Source of the DNA: Escherichia coli
GTDB lineage: Bacteria; Pseudomonadota; Gammaproteobacteria; Enterobacterales; Enterobacteriaceae
Assembly: GCF_009931435.1 (NCBI RefSeq)
Contig: NZ_CP043414.1
DNA: 64,000 nt
Strand: one strand, 5' to 3'
A model generated the notes under the pieces. That model searched no databases and was not told the origin of the DNA. It saw nothing but the letters and a program-made list of their open reading frames with translations. This document shows positions 1 to 10,911 of the stretch, one piece after another (the first letter of the stretch is position 1; each line of letters starts with the position of its first letter). Made by a program: the position numbers and the translations under genes.

Positions 1-1560
1 TATAGCTTCAACTATATGCTACCCGCTGCAGGCGTGCGTGGCGCAGCAATCACCCGTACCGCCGGGCGTTATTTTGAACGTCTGGTGAGCCATGACGCGA
101 CTTTCCGCGTGTTGCAGCATCTGCGCATTTACACCTTCAGCAAATTGCTCCCCCTCTCCCCTGCCGGACTGGCGCGCTATCGTCAGGGCGAATTGCTCAA
201 CCGCGTGGTGGCGGATGTTGATACGCTCGATCATCTTTACCTGCGCGTTATCTCGCCGCTGGTGGGCGCTTTTGTGGTGATTATGGTGGTGACAATCGGG
301 TTAAGTTTCCTTGATTTCACCCTCGCCTTTACGCTGGGCGGCATTATGTTACTGACGCTTTTGCTGATGCCACCGCTGTTTTATCGTGCGGGAAAAAGCA
401 CCGGGCAAAATCTGACTCATCTTCGCGGGCAGTATCGCCAACAACTGACAGCCTGGCTGCAAGGGCAAGCTGAGCTGACCATTTTTGGTGCCAGCGATCG
501 TTATCGCACGCAATTAGAGAATACTGAAATTCAGTGGCTGGAAGCGCAACGCCGTCAATCTGAACTGACAGCTTTGTCGCAAGCAATAATGCTGTTAATT
601 GGCGCGTTAGCGGTGATCCTGATGCTGTGGATGGCGTCTGGCGGCGTTGGTGGCAATACTCAACCAGGCGCGTTAATTGCCCTGTTTGTCTTCTGTGCGT
701 TAGCCGCGTTTGAAGCACTGGCACCAGTAACGGGTGCATTTCAGCATCTGGGGCAAGTCATTGCCTCTGCCGTACGGATCACCGATTTAACGGATCAAAA
801 ACCTGAAGTCACCTTCCCTGATACCCAAACCCGTGTTGCCGATTGCGTTTCGCTGACGTTACGGGATGTTCAGTTCACTTATCCGGAGCAATCCCAACAA
901 GCACTGAAAGGGATTTCTCTTCAAGTAAACGCCGGAGAACATATTGCGATTCTCGGGCGAACCGGATGCGGTAAATCAACATTGTTACAACTGCTGACCC
1001 GCGCATGGGACCCGCAACAGGGCGAGATTTTACTTAACGATAGCCCCATAGCCAGCCTGAACGAAGCAACTCTACGACAGACCATCAGCGTTGTGCCACA
1101 GCGAGTGCATCTGTTTAGCGCCACACTGCGTGATAATCTGTTACTCGCCTCGCCTGGCAGTAGTGATGAAGTTTTGGCGGAGATCTTGCGTCGAGTTGGT
1201 CTGGAGAAGCTGCTCGAGGATGCAGGTCTCAACAGTTGGTTAGGTGAAGGCGGACGCCAGCTCTCCGGTGGTGAACTGCGCCGTCTGGCTATCGCCCGTG
1301 CGCTGTTACATGATGCGCCACTGGTATTGCTGGATGAACCTACCGAAGGCTTAGATGCCACAACTGAAAGTCAGATCCTTGAATTACTTGCAGAAATGAT
1401 GCGTGAGAAAACGGTGTTAATGGTCACCCATCGACTTCGCGGGCTCTCTCGTTTCCAGCAAATAATAGTGATGGACAACGGGCAAATTATTGAGCAAGGT
1501 ACTCACGCAGAACTGCTTGCCCGACAGGGGCGTTATTACCAGTTTAAGCAGGGTTTGTAA
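1..1560 (+). CDS. cydC: ABC-type cysteine/glutathione exporter subunit CydC, 5' end outside window
   Basis: ORF 16..1560 stays open in frame back to position 1; Walker A LGRTGCGKST, signature LSGGELRR, Walker B LLDEPT; lies immediately upstream of aat as in the cydDC-aat arrangement. Confidence 0.8.
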   Translation, partial: YSFNYMLPAAGVRGAAITRTAGRYFERLVSHDATFRVLQHLRIYTFSKLLPLSPAGLARYRQGELLNRVVADVDTLDHLYLRVISPLVGAFVVIMVVTIGLSFLDFTLAFTLGGIMLLTLLLMPPLFYRAGKSTGQNLTHLRGQYRQQLTAWLQGQAELTIFGASDRYRTQLENTEIQWLEAQRRQSELTALSQAIMLLIGALAVILMLWMASGGVGGNTQPGALIALFVFCALAAFEALAPVTGAFQHLGQVIASAVRITDLTDQKPEVTFPDTQTRVADCVSLTLRDVQFTYPEQSQQALKGISLQVNAGEHIAILGRTGCGKSTLLQLLTRAWDPQQGEILLNDSPIASLNEATLRQTISVVPQRVHLFSATLRDNLLLASPGSSDEVLAEILRRVGLEKLLEDAGLNSWLGEGGRQLSGGELRRLAIARALLHDAPLVLLDEPTEGLDATTESQILELLAEMMREKTVLMVTHRLRGLSRFQQIIVMDNGQIIEQGTHAELLARQGRYYQFKQGL

Positions 1561-1601
1561 GCTATTATTGAACGATCCGACTTGCGTGGAGTTTTGCGGT
1601 C

Positions 1602-2306
1602 ATGCGCCTGGTTCAGCTTTCTCGCCATTCAATAGCCTTCCCCTCCCCGGAAGGCGCATTACGTGAGCCTAACGGCCTGCTGGCACTGGGGGGCGATCTT
1701 AGCCCTGCGCGCCTGTTAATGGCTTATCAGCGTGGTATTTTTCCGTGGTTTTCTCCAGGCGACCCCATCCTCTGGTGGTCGCCCGATCCTCGCGCGGTAC
1801 TATGGCCTGAATCATTGCATATCAGCCGTAGTATGAAACGATTTCATAAACGCTCGCCCTATCGTGTCACGATGAATTACGCCTTTGGTCAGGTCATTGA
1901 AGGCTGTGCCAGCGATCGCGAAGAAGGAACCTGGATCACGCGTGGCGTGGTCGAAGCCTACCATCGCCTTCACGAACTCGGTCATGCCCACTCCATCGAA
2001 GTCTGGTGTGAAGATGAGCTTGTCGGCGGTATGTACGGCGTGGCCCAGGGAACGCTATTTTGTGGCGAGTCTATGTTCAGCCGGATGGAAAACGCGTCCA
2101 AAACAGCGCTACTGGTCTTCTGTGATGAATTTATCCGTCACGGTGGCAAACTTATCGACTGCCAGGTCCTTAACGATCACACAGCTTCGCTTGGTGCCTG
2201 CGAAATTCCCCGCCGGGATTATCTAAATTATCTCAATCAAATGCGCCTCGGACGATTGCCGAATAATTTCTGGGTACCACGGTGCTTGTTTTCACCACAA
2301 GAATGA
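1602..2306 (+). CDS. aat: leucyl/phenylalanyl-tRNA--protein transferase
   Basis: 234-aa ORF, size and sequence match recalled Aat; position between cydC and infA. Confidence 0.9.
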   Translation: MRLVQLSRHSIAFPSPEGALREPNGLLALGGDLSPARLLMAYQRGIFPWFSPGDPILWWSPDPRAVLWPESLHISRSMKRFHKRSPYRVTMNYAFGQVIEGCASDREEGTWITRGVVEAYHRLHELGHAHSIEVWCEDELVGGMYGVAQGTLFCGESMFSRMENASKTALLVFCDEFIRHGGKLIDCQVLNDHTASLGACEIPRRDYLNYLNQMRLGRLPNNFWVPRCLFSPQE

Positions 2307-2587
2307 ATGTTTTCGGCACATTTCTCCCCAGAGTGTTATAATTGCGGTCGCAGAGTTGGTTACGCTCATTACCCCGCTGCCGATAAGGAATTTTTCGCGT
2401 CAGGTAACGCCCATCGTTTATCTCACCGCTCCCTTATACGTTGCGCTTTTGGTGCGGCTTAGCCGTGTGTTTTCGGAGTAATGTGCCGAACCTGTTTGTT
2501 GCGATTTAGCGCGCAAATCTTTACTTATTTACAGAACTTCGGCATTATCTTGCCGGTTCAAATTACGGTAGTGATACCCCAGAGGAT

Positions 2588-2809
<222 letters not shown>

Positions 2810-2850
2810 TTGTTTTACCGCCTGATGGGCGAAGAGAAAGAACGAGTAAA

Positions 2851-2878
2851 AGGTCGGTTTAACCGGCCTTTTTATTTT
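2851..2878 (+). terminator. putative rho-independent terminator downstream of infA
   Basis: imperfect GC hairpin aggtcggttTAAaccggcct followed by a T-rich run. Confidence 0.55.
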
Positions 2879-3067
2879 GTGATATGTATGAAGTACTTTG
2901 GAAGTATAAGTCCATAACATAACTTGTCTCGATGTAGATATACTGCACAACTTGTTTACAGTATGAGCAAACAATAATTATCATTAAAATTCTTCTTGAC
3001 CGTTTTACTCCAACTCCCTATAGTAGCGCCCCGTTGCCCCCCATGAGGTCAGGCAGCAAAACAATTT

Positions 3068-3155
3068 GGTGAGGTGTCCGAGTGGCTGAAGGAGCACGCC
3101 TGGAAAGTGTGTATACGGCAACGTATCGGGGGTTCGAATCCCCCCCTCACCGCCA
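3068..3155 (+). tRNA. serW: tRNA-Ser (anticodon GGA), long variable arm
   Basis: 88-nt sequence GGTGAGGTGTCCGAGTGGCTGAAGGAGCACGCCTGGAAAGTG...GGTTCGAATCCCCCCCTCACCGCCA with anticodon loop CUGGAAA and class II extra arm; encoded CCA end. Confidence 0.92.
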
Positions 3156-3168
3156 TATTTGAAGAAGA

Positions 3169-3197
3169 GCTCGTACGAAAGTACGGGCTTTTTTTTC
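3169..3197 (+). terminator. rho-independent terminator after tRNA-Ser
   Basis: hairpin gctcgtac-GAAA-gtacgggc followed by a T8 run. Confidence 0.65.
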
Positions 3198-3206
3198 GCA
3201 TTTTAT

Positions 3207-3286
3207 CTGCCTGTACGGCAGTGAACGGTATAAAAATCGAGTTTTTCTTTCGGTTGGCTTTCTAAGCTGCCTGTACGGCAGTGAAC
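3207..3286. repeat. two copies of a 20-bp motif ctgcctgtacggcagtgaac (internal palindrome CTGCC-GTAC-GGCAG) spaced 60 bp
   Basis: exact direct repeat at 3207..3226 and 3267..3286, read directly from sequence. Confidence 0.7.
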
Positions 3287-3498
3287 TCAAATACTACACG
3301 TTTAGCTCGTTGTTAATAAAGAAAAATCATCTCATTTTCCTGCTGCCACCCTTTTTTATTCTTACCTTCCAGCACCATTAATTATCAACAACTTACCTTC
3401 ACCTCCAAAAATAGGGTTTTCACCATTCCACCCTACAAATAAAAAGTCCGTAACCCCTGACGAGATTACGGACTTCACAAACCTACCTAACAATCAGA

Positions 3499-5775
3499 TT
3501 AATGCGCTGCTTCCGCCTTGTGCTTTTGTGCACTCTGGAATCCGTAAGTCAGCTCATTTTTCTCTTTATCCAGCGCAACCGTCACCTGACCGCCGTCCAC
3601 CAGCGAACCAAACAACAGTTCGTTGGCGAGCGGTTTTTTCAGGTTGTCCTGGATGACACGCGCCATCGGACGTGCGCCCATTGCCCGGTCGTAACCTTTC
3701 TCGGCCAGCCAGTTACGCGCTTCCTGGCTCACTTCCAGAGAAACACCTTTCTGATCCAGCTGAACCTGTAACTCGACGATGAACTTATCCACCACCTGAT
3801 GGATCACGTCGGTTGACAGATGATCAAACCAGATAATGTTGTCGAGACGGTTACGGAATTCCGGTGTAAAGATCTTCTTGATCTCTTCCATCGCATCGGT
3901 GCTGTTATCCTGGTGGATAAGACCAATGGATTTACGCTCAGTTTCCCGTACCCCGGCATTAGTGGTCATCACCAGCACCACGTTACGGAAGTCCGCTTTG
4001 CGTCCGTTGTTATCGGTCAGCGTACCGTTGTCCATCACCTGCAACAGAATATTGAACACGTCCGGGTGCGCTTTCTCGATTTCGTCCAGCAGCAGCACCG
4101 CATGAGGATGCTTGATGACCGCATCAGTCAGCAAACCGCCCTGATCAAAACCAACGTATCCCGGAGGCGCACCAATCAGACGGCTGACGGTATGGCGTTC
4201 CATATACTCGGACATATCAAAGCGCAGAAGCTCAATGCCCAAAGCTTTCGAAAGCTGTACCGTCACCTCTGTTTTCCCGACCCCGGTAGGGCCGGCAAAC
4301 AGGAACGAACCGACTGGTTTATGTTCGTGACCTAAACCTGCACGCGCCATCTTAATGGCTTCAGTCAGCGCCTCAATGGCTTTATCCTGACCGAAGACCA
4401 GCATTTTCAGGCGATCGCTGAGGTTTTTCAGGGTATCGCGGTCACTCTGAGAAACACTCTTCTCTGGAATGCGCGCAATACGGGCCACCACGGACTCAAT
4501 ATCCGCCACATTAACGGTTTTCTTGCGTTTGCTTACCGGCATCAGGCGTGCGCGAGCGCCCGCTTCGTCGATAACGTCAATGGCTTTATCCGGCAGATGA
4601 CGATCGTTAATGTATTTCACCGCCAGCTCTACCGCTGCACGCACCGCTTTTGCGGTATAACGCACGTCATGGTGCGCTTCGTACTTCGGTTTCAGGCCGT
4701 TGATGATCTGTACGGTTTCTTCAATCGACGGTTCAGTAATATCAATTTTCTGGAAGCGACGCGCCAGAGCACGGTCTTTCTCGAAAATGTTGCTGAACTC
4801 CTGATAGGTTGTCGAACCAATTACGCGAATTTTACCGCTTGAGAGCAACGGTTTGATCAGGTTAGCCGCATCAACCTGACCACCAGAGGCTGCACCCGCA
4901 CCGATAATGGTGTGGATCTCATCAATAAACAGGATGCTGTTAGTGTCCTGCTCCAGCTGCTTGAGCAACGCTTTAAAACGTTTTTCAAAGTCGCCGCGAT
5001 ATTTTGTGCCCGCTAACAGAGAACCGATATCGAGAGAGTAAATCGTACAGTCAGCCATCACTTCCGGCACATCGCCCTGAACAATTCGCCAGGCAAGACC
5101 TTCCGCAATCGCGGTTTTGCCGACACCGGATTCCCCCACCAGCAGCGGGTTGTTTTTACGGCGACGGCAGAGAACCTGAATAGCACGCTCCAGCTCCTTC
5201 TCACGACCAATCAGTGGGTCGATTCCGCCCACACGCGCAAGCTGATTCAGGTTCGTCGTGAAATTCTCCATACGTTCCTCCCCACCAGCTTGTTCTTCGC
5301 TGTTTGGCTGGCTGCCAGGATCAGAAGACTGTGTCGGCTCGTCTTTACGCGTGCCATGAGAGATAAAGTTCACCACATCGAGACGGCTGACTTCATGTTT
5401 GCGCAACAGATATGCCGCCTGCGACTCCTGTTCGCTAAAGATAGCGACCAGAACGTTTGCACCGGTAACCTCATTGCGACCGGAGGACTGGACATGGAAG
5501 ACCGCACGTTGCAGTACACGCTGAAAACTCAGCGTTGGCTGTGTGTCGCGCTCCTCTTCACTGGCAGGCAGAACGGGTGTGGTTTGTTCAATAAAGGCTT
5601 CCAGTTCCTGACGGAGCGCAACCAAATCCACAGAACACGCTTCCAGCGCCTCCCGGGCAGATGGGTTACTGAGCAGCGCCAGTAACAAGTGCTCGACGGT
5701 CATAAACTCATGACGGTGCTCGCGCGCTCTGGCGAAAGCCATATTTAAACTGAGTTCCAGTTCTTGATTGAGCAT
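3499..5775 (-). CDS. clpA: ATP-dependent Clp protease ATP-binding subunit ClpA
   Basis: 758-aa product from ATG at 5775 ([10 protein letters not shown]...); two AAA+ modules with Walker A GESGVGKT and GPTGVGKT; ORF-track start at 5790 judged to be an upstream extension. Confidence 0.95.
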   Translation of the reverse strand: MLNQELELSLNMAFARAREHRHEFMTVEHLLLALLSNPSAREALEACSVDLVALRQELEAFIEQTTPVLPASEEERDTQPTLSFQRVLQRAVFHVQSSGRNEVTGANVLVAIFSEQESQAAYLLRKHEVSRLDVVNFISHGTRKDEPTQSSDPGSQPNSEEQAGGEERMENFTTNLNQLARVGGIDPLIGREKELERAIQVLCRRRKNNPLLVGESGVGKTAIAEGLAWRIVQGDVPEVMADCTIYSLDIGSLLAGTKYRGDFEKRFKALLKQLEQDTNSILFIDEIHTIIGAGAASGGQVDAANLIKPLLSSGKIRVIGSTTYQEFSNIFEKDRALARRFQKIDITEPSIEETVQIINGLKPKYEAHHDVRYTAKAVRAAVELAVKYINDRHLPDKAIDVIDEAGARARLMPVSKRKKTVNVADIESVVARIARIPEKSVSQSDRDTLKNLSDRLKMLVFGQDKAIEALTEAIKMARAGLGHEHKPVGSFLFAGPTGVGKTEVTVQLSKALGIELLRFDMSEYMERHTVSRLIGAPPGYVGFDQGGLLTDAVIKHPHAVLLLDEIEKAHPDVFNILLQVMDNGTLTDNNGRKADFRNVVLVMTTNAGVRETERKSIGLIHQDNSTDAMEEIKKIFTPEFRNRLDNIIWFDHLSTDVIHQVVDKFIVELQVQLDQKGVSLEVSQEARNWLAEKGYDRAMGARPMARVIQDNLKKPLANELLFGSLVDGGQVTVALDKEKNELTYGFQSAQKHKAEAAH

Positions 5776-5805
5776 AGGCACCTCCCCCAATTTTTATGCC
5801 TGCAT

Positions 5806-6126
5806 TCAGGCTTTTTCTAGCGTACACAGCAATGGATGCTCATTCTCCCTCGCGTACTTGTTCACCATCGCCACTTTGGTTTCTGCAACCTCGGCGGTAA
5901 AGACTCCGCAAATGGCCTTCCCCTGGTAGTGAACAGCGAGCATCAATTGCGTTGCACGTTCTACATCATAAGAAAAGAATTTTTGTAACACGTCAATAAC
6001 AAACTCCATCGGAGTGTAATCATCATTGACTAATATCACTTTATACATAGATGGCGGTTTTAGCGCGTCGCGAACTTTTTCTTCCGCCAGTTGATCAAAG
6101 TCCAGCCAGTCGTTCGTTTTACCCAT
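5806..6126 (-). CDS. clpS: ClpA adaptor / N-degron recognin ClpS
   Basis: 106-aa ORF immediately upstream of clpA on the same strand; sequence matches recalled ClpS. Confidence 0.93.
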
Positions 6127-6448
6127 TGTCAGTTATCATCTTCGGTTACGGTTATCGGCAGAACGCCCTGCCGCTGACAAGAGCTTATTTGCCTGACCAA
6201 TCTACTCCACATGATAGATAACTATCATCTATCGTTGGCATCAGCGACATCTGTCACATTCCTGTCAATAGCGTTAACTGCTTCAAATTTTTGATTCATA
6301 CCTGCCCCCTGGCCCCTGTCAAATGCTTGACGGCTCGCCCTAATTCTCTAAATTGTATTTCTAGAGTTGGCGAGGTTTTGAACAGCCCCCTCTCTGACCC
6401 CGGTTTATTCCATCTTACTTGTATAAGATTTGCGAAGGATGTCGAAGC

Positions 6449-6673
6449 ATGGAAAAGGGTACTGTTAAGTGGTTCAACAATGCCAAAGGGTTTGGTTTCA
6501 TCTGCCCTGAAGGCGGCGGCGAAGATATTTTCGCTCATTATTCCACCATTCAGATGGATGGTTACAGAACGCTAAAAGCTGGACAATCCGTTCAGTTTGA
6601 TGTCCACCAGGGGCCAAAAGGCAATCACGCCAGTGTTATTGTGCCCGTCGAAGTAGAAGCGGCAGTCGCATAG
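6449..6673 (+). CDS. cspD: cold-shock-domain protein CspD
   Basis: 74-aa product from ATG 6449 (MEKGTVKWFNNAKGFGFI...), RNP1 motif KGFGFI; ORF-track start 6419 is a TTG extension. Confidence 0.92.
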   Translation: MEKGTVKWFNNAKGFGFICPEGGGEDIFAHYSTIQMDGYRTLKAGQSVQFDVHQGPKGNHASVIVPVEVEAAVA

Positions 6674-6708
6674 CTCTTCTGTCTCATTGTGTACATCCTA
6701 CAGGCAAA

Positions 6709-6736
6709 ATGCCAGCCCGATCGGCTGGCATTTTTA
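6709..6736. terminator. hairpin terminator between convergent cspD and macB, possibly bidirectional
   Basis: stem tgccagcc / ggctggca followed by T5 on plus strand. Confidence 0.6.
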
Positions 6737-6745
6737 TCTCAAAAA

Positions 6746-8692
6746 TTACTCTCGTGCCAAAGCATCTACTGGATCCAGTCGTGCCGCATTTCGTGCGGGT
6801 AACCAGCCAAATAAAATCCCGGTGACCGTCGAGCAGAGAAACGCCAGCAGCAGTGCCAACGGTGAAAAACCGATCTCCCAACCGGGTAAGAAAAGCTGCA
6901 AGGTGAAAGCAATTAACAGTGACAGTGTTATTCCCAACGCACCGCCGACCAGACAAACCAGCACGGCTTCGATCAGAAACTGTTGCAAAACATCGCTTGC
7001 TCGCGCACCTACAGCCATGCGAATGCCAATTTCCCGCGTCCGCTCGGTCACTGACACCAGCATAATATTCATTACACCAATACCGCCCACCACCAGCGAA
7101 ATCACCGCCACCAGCGTCAGAAACAGTTGTAAAGTACGTGTGGTCTTTTCAACGGTTTTCAAGACGCCGTCCATGTTCCAGGTAAAGAAATCCTTCTTAC
7201 CGTGGCGCAGTGAAAGTAAACGCGTGAGTTGCTGTTCCGCCTCGGCGCTGTCAAAGCCCTCTTTCACCCTGACAGTAATAGAGTTCAGCCACGACTGGCC
7301 CATAACTCTCCCGGACATCGTGCTGTAAGGTAACCACACGCGCAGCACTTTACTACTGCCAAACATCGACTGTTTTTCCTCTGCCACGCCGATGACTCTC
7401 GCTGGCATATTACCAACCAAGATAACCTCGCCAACCACATTTGCTTTATGGGGGAAAAGCTGACGGCGAGTATTACTGTCGAGAACCACGACTTGCGCAC
7501 GGCCATTCAGCTGTTCCTGATTAAAGGTGTTCCCTTCACTGAAGGTCATGCCATAGACATTAAAATAATCGCCGCTCACGCCATTGGCACTGGCAGCCAC
7601 ATCGACATTGTTATAACGCAGGCGCAGGTTTTGCGAGACGGCAGGTGTGGCTGAGGCGACCCACGGTTGTTTTTGGATGGCGATTAAGTCGTCGTACTTC
7701 AGCGCCTGCTGATATTGCGGATCGTCATCGCCAAAATCTTTCCCGGGATAGACATCAATAGTATTCGTACCAATAGAACGAATATCCGCCAGCACCATTT
7801 GTTTGGCGGCGTCGCCGACCACGACAATGGAAACCACCGACGCAATACCGATAATAATCCCCAGCATGGTCAGTAAAGTACGCATTTTATTCGCTGCCAG
7901 CGCCCGCCACGCCATCGTCAGCGCCTCGTTAAAACCGCTGACAAACTGCCGCCAGCCAGACGCCGTGTTGATAACAGGCTCCGTCCCGCCAGCAACATTC
8001 ACTTTTTCAATGGCGGGAGGATTGCGCACAATTTCGCCGTCGCGAATTTCGATCACCCGCTCGGCCTGAGCAGCGACCTGCGGATCGTGGGTAACGATAA
8101 TCACCGTATGCCCGCGATCGCGCAGCTGATGCAGGATCGCCATTACCTCCTCACCGGAATGGCTGTCCAGTGCGCCTGTCGGTTCATCGGCAAGAATTAC
8201 CTGACCGCCGTTCATCAATGCCCGCGCGATGCTGACGCGCTGTTGCTGACCACCCGAAAGCTGTGCCGGATAATACTCTGTACGGTCTTCAAGCCCCAGT
8301 CGTTGCAATAACTTCTGGGCACGAAGCAGTCGCTGTTTCCGCTCAAGACCCGCATAGACGGCGGGTACTTCAACATTCTGCTCGGCGGTTAAATGTGAAA
8401 GCAAATGGTAACGCTGGAAAATAAAGCCGAAGTGTTCGCGACGCAGTTGCGCCAGCGCATCGGCGTCCAGCATGGCAACATCCTGACCGGCGACGCGATA
8501 GGTGCCGCTGGTGGCCTTATCCAGGCAGCCGAGAATATTCATCAGGGTCGATTTACCGGAACCCGAAGCGCCGACAATCGCCACCATCTCACCAGCATAA
8601 ATATCGAGGGTGATGCCCTTCAGCACCTCAACCTGCTCATCACCGGCAGGATAGCTGCGACGAATATCCTTTAATTCGAGCAAGGGCGTCAT
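6746..8692 (-). CDS. macB: macrolide export ABC transporter, fused ATPase-permease MacB
   Basis: 648 aa; N-terminal Walker [10 protein letters not shown], signature LSGGQQQR; C-terminal FtsX-like permease; ATGA overlap with macA stop. Confidence 0.93.
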   Translation of the reverse strand: MTPLLELKDIRRSYPAGDEQVEVLKGITLDIYAGEMVAIVGASGSGKSTLMNILGCLDKATSGTYRVAGQDVAMLDADALAQLRREHFGFIFQRYHLLSHLTAEQNVEVPAVYAGLERKQRLLRAQKLLQRLGLEDRTEYYPAQLSGGQQQRVSIARALMNGGQVILADEPTGALDSHSGEEVMAILHQLRDRGHTVIIVTHDPQVAAQAERVIEIRDGEIVRNPPAIEKVNVAGGTEPVINTASGWRQFVSGFNEALTMAWRALAANKMRTLLTMLGIIIGIASVVSIVVVGDAAKQMVLADIRSIGTNTIDVYPGKDFGDDDPQYQQALKYDDLIAIQKQPWVASATPAVSQNLRLRYNNVDVAASANGVSGDYFNVYGMTFSEGNTFNQEQLNGRAQVVVLDSNTRRQLFPHKANVVGEVILVGNMPARVIGVAEEKQSMFGSSKVLRVWLPYSTMSGRVMGQSWLNSITVRVKEGFDSAEAEQQLTRLLSLRHGKKDFFTWNMDGVLKTVEKTTRTLQLFLTLVAVISLVVGGIGVMNIMLVSVTERTREIGIRMAVGARASDVLQQFLIEAVLVCLVGGALGITLSLLIAFTLQLFLPGWEIGFSPLALLLAFLCSTVTGILFGWLPARNAARLDPVDALARE

Positions 8693-9804
8693 TGTGCAGC
8701 TCCTGGTTTGGCCTCACCAATCACCACTTCATCGCCCGCTTCCAGCCCTTTGACAATCTCAACATCGGTGTCGTTACGTGCACCAATCGTCACTTCACGC
8801 TCGCGTGTTTCACCATTACGCAACAATTTGACTTTATAACGATTATCGCCAACCGGATCGCCTAACGCCGACAGAGGGATCGTCAGCACATTTTTCACAT
8901 CGGTGAGCTGAATATGCACTTGCGCGGTCATATCCAGCCGCAGCAAACCATTGGGGTTGGGTACTTCAAAACGGGCGTAATAGAAAATAGCGTCGTTAAC
9001 CTTTTCCGGCGTCGGTAGCACATCCTTGATTTGCCCCTCATAGCGCGTCAGCGGATCGCCAAGCACCGTAAACCAGGCTTTTTGCCCCGGCTTCAGGTGG
9101 ATTACATCCGCTTCAGAAACCTGCGCTTTTACCAGCATGGTGCTCATATCTGCCAGCGTCAGAATGTTCGGTGCTTGTTGTGCGGCAATCACCGTCTGGC
9201 CTTGCAGAGTGGTGATTTGCGTGACTTCCCCGGCCATCGGGGCAACGATGCGGGTGTAATCGAGATTGGTTTTAGCCGTATCGAGTGAGGCCTGATTACG
9301 CTTGATTTGCGCGTCAATGGTGCCAATTTGCGCCTGTTTCACAGCCATCTCCGTCGCGGCGGTATCGAGATCCTGCTGTGAAACCGCCTGCGTTTGTGCA
9401 AGACGTTGCTGACGGGAATACGTCACCCGCGCCAGTTTCAGCTCCGCTTCCGCCTGCTGCCGCTGCGCGCGTAGCTCCATCAGCGTTGCTTCCACCTCCT
9501 TGATCTGGTTTTCAGCTTGTTCAGGATCAATAACCCCTAAAAGCTGGTCTTTTTTTACTTTATCGCCAATCGCCACCGACAGCGTTTTCAACTGACCGCT
9601 GACCTGCGCGCCCACATCAACCTTACGCAGCGCGTCCAGCTTTCCGGTCGCCAGCACGCTTTGCTGTAAATCACCGGGGCGCACAATCAGCGTCTGATAA
9701 GTCGGCACGGGTGCGTTAAGAATTCTCCATAACGTAATCAGCCCGGCAATGACTATCACCAGCGCAATAACGTAACGCTTCTTCACGGTTTTCCGCTTTT
9801 TCAT
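8689..9804 (-). CDS. macA: macrolide efflux membrane fusion protein MacA
   Basis: 371-aa product from ATG 9804 ([16 protein letters not shown]...), HlyD-type periplasmic adaptor with coiled coil. Confidence 0.9.
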   Translation of the reverse strand: MKKRKTVKKRYVIALVIVIAGLITLWRILNAPVPTYQTLIVRPGDLQQSVLATGKLDALRKVDVGAQVSGQLKTLSVAIGDKVKKDQLLGVIDPEQAENQIKEVEATLMELRAQRQQAEAELKLARVTYSRQQRLAQTQAVSQQDLDTAATEMAVKQAQIGTIDAQIKRNQASLDTAKTNLDYTRIVAPMAGEVTQITTLQGQTVIAAQQAPNILTLADMSTMLVKAQVSEADVIHLKPGQKAWFTVLGDPLTRYEGQIKDVLPTPEKVNDAIFYYARFEVPNPNGLLRLDMTAQVHIQLTDVKNVLTIPLSALGDPVGDNRYKVKLLRNGETREREVTIGARNDTDVEIVKGLEAGDEVVIGEAKPGAAQ

Positions 9805-9918
9805 AAATATTCTGAATACTCCATATGCCAATCCGGGTCATTAACTTCAACGAAATATCAACAAAACCCTAAAATTTACGTTAGTAATCACACTATTGAT
9901 GTTTGGTTAAGATACGCC

Positions 9919-10911
9919 ATGGTGAAATCGACGTTATGTACAACCATTGATTTCATGAATATGTCGCAGCTAACTGAACGGACCTTTACGCCATCTGAAT
10001 CTCTCAGCAGCCTGTCACTTTTTCTTAGTCTGGCACGTGGACAGTGTCGGCCGGGTAAATTTTGGCATCGCCGTAGTTTTCGCCAGAAATTTTTGCTGCG
10101 CTCGTTGATTATGCCGCGTTTAAGCGTTGAGTGGATGAACGAACTTTCCCACTGGCCGAATCTCCATGTGTTGTTAACGCGCCAGCCGCGACTGCCTGTG
10201 CGTCTGCATCGCCCTTACCTTGCGGCGAATCTTAGCCGCAAGCAATTGCTGGAGGCGTTACGTTACCATTATGCATTGCTTCGTGCCTGCATGTCGGCAG
10301 AAGAATTCAGCTTATATTTGAATACTCCCGGGCTGCAACTGGCGAAGCTGGAAGGCAAAAACGGCGAGCAGTTCACACTTGAGCTGACCATGATGATCTC
10401 AATGGATAAAGAAGGTGACAGCACAATCCTGTTCCGCAACAGCGAAGGTATTCCTCTGGCAGAGATCACCTTTACTCTGTGTGAATACCAGGGGAAAAGA
10501 ACAATGTTTATTGGCGGGCTGCAAGGTGCGAAATGGGAAATTCCACATCAGGAAATCCAGAATGCGACGAAAGCCTGCCACGGGCTATTTCCCAAACGTC
10601 TCGTGATGGAAGCGGCCTGTCTGTTTGCCCAACGTTTGCAGGTAGAGCAGATCATTGCCGTCAGCAATGAAACACATATTTACCGCAGCCTGCGTTATCG
10701 CGATAAAGAAGGCAAGATCCATGCTGATTACAACGCGTTCTGGGAGTCGGTTGGCGGCGTATGTGATGCTGAACGCCATTACCGCCTTCCGGCACAGATA
10801 GCACGAAAAGAGATTGCCGAAATCGCCAGTAAAAAACGGGCTGAATACCGTCGGCGCTATGAGATGCTCGACGCTATTCAGCCACAAATGGCCACGATGT
10901 TTCGCGGTTAA
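9919..10911 (+). CDS. ybjX: YbjX (VirK/DUF535 family) protein
   Basis: 330-aa ORF with ATG at 9919; identity by recalled sequence and synteny next to macA. Confidence 0.8.
   Translation: MVKSTLCTTIDFMNMSQLTERTFTPSESLSSLSLFLSLARGQCRPGKFWHRRSFRQKFLLRSLIMPRLSVEWMNELSHWPNLHVLLTRQPRLPVRLHRPYLAANLSRKQLLEALRYHYALLRACMSAEEFSLYLNTPGLQLAKLEGKNGEQFTLELTMMISMDKEGDSTILFRNSEGIPLAEITFTLCEYQGKRTMFIGGLQGAKWEIPHQEIQNATKACHGLFPKRLVMEAACLFAQRLQVEQIIAVSNETHIYRSLRYRDKEGKIHADYNAFWESVGGVCDAERHYRLPAQIARKEIAEIASKKRAEYRRRYEMLDAIQPQMATMFRG

Noticed and set aside
3207-3286. Possible CRISPR array
   Set aside because: Only two repeat copies, 60-bp spacing, no cas genes; not a CRISPR.
3820-4335. 171-aa plus-strand ORF
   Set aside because: Antisense within clpA.
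6687-7328. 213-aa plus-strand ORF
   Set aside because: Antisense to macB; low-complexity Ser/Thr/Arg-rich translation typical of a shadow frame.
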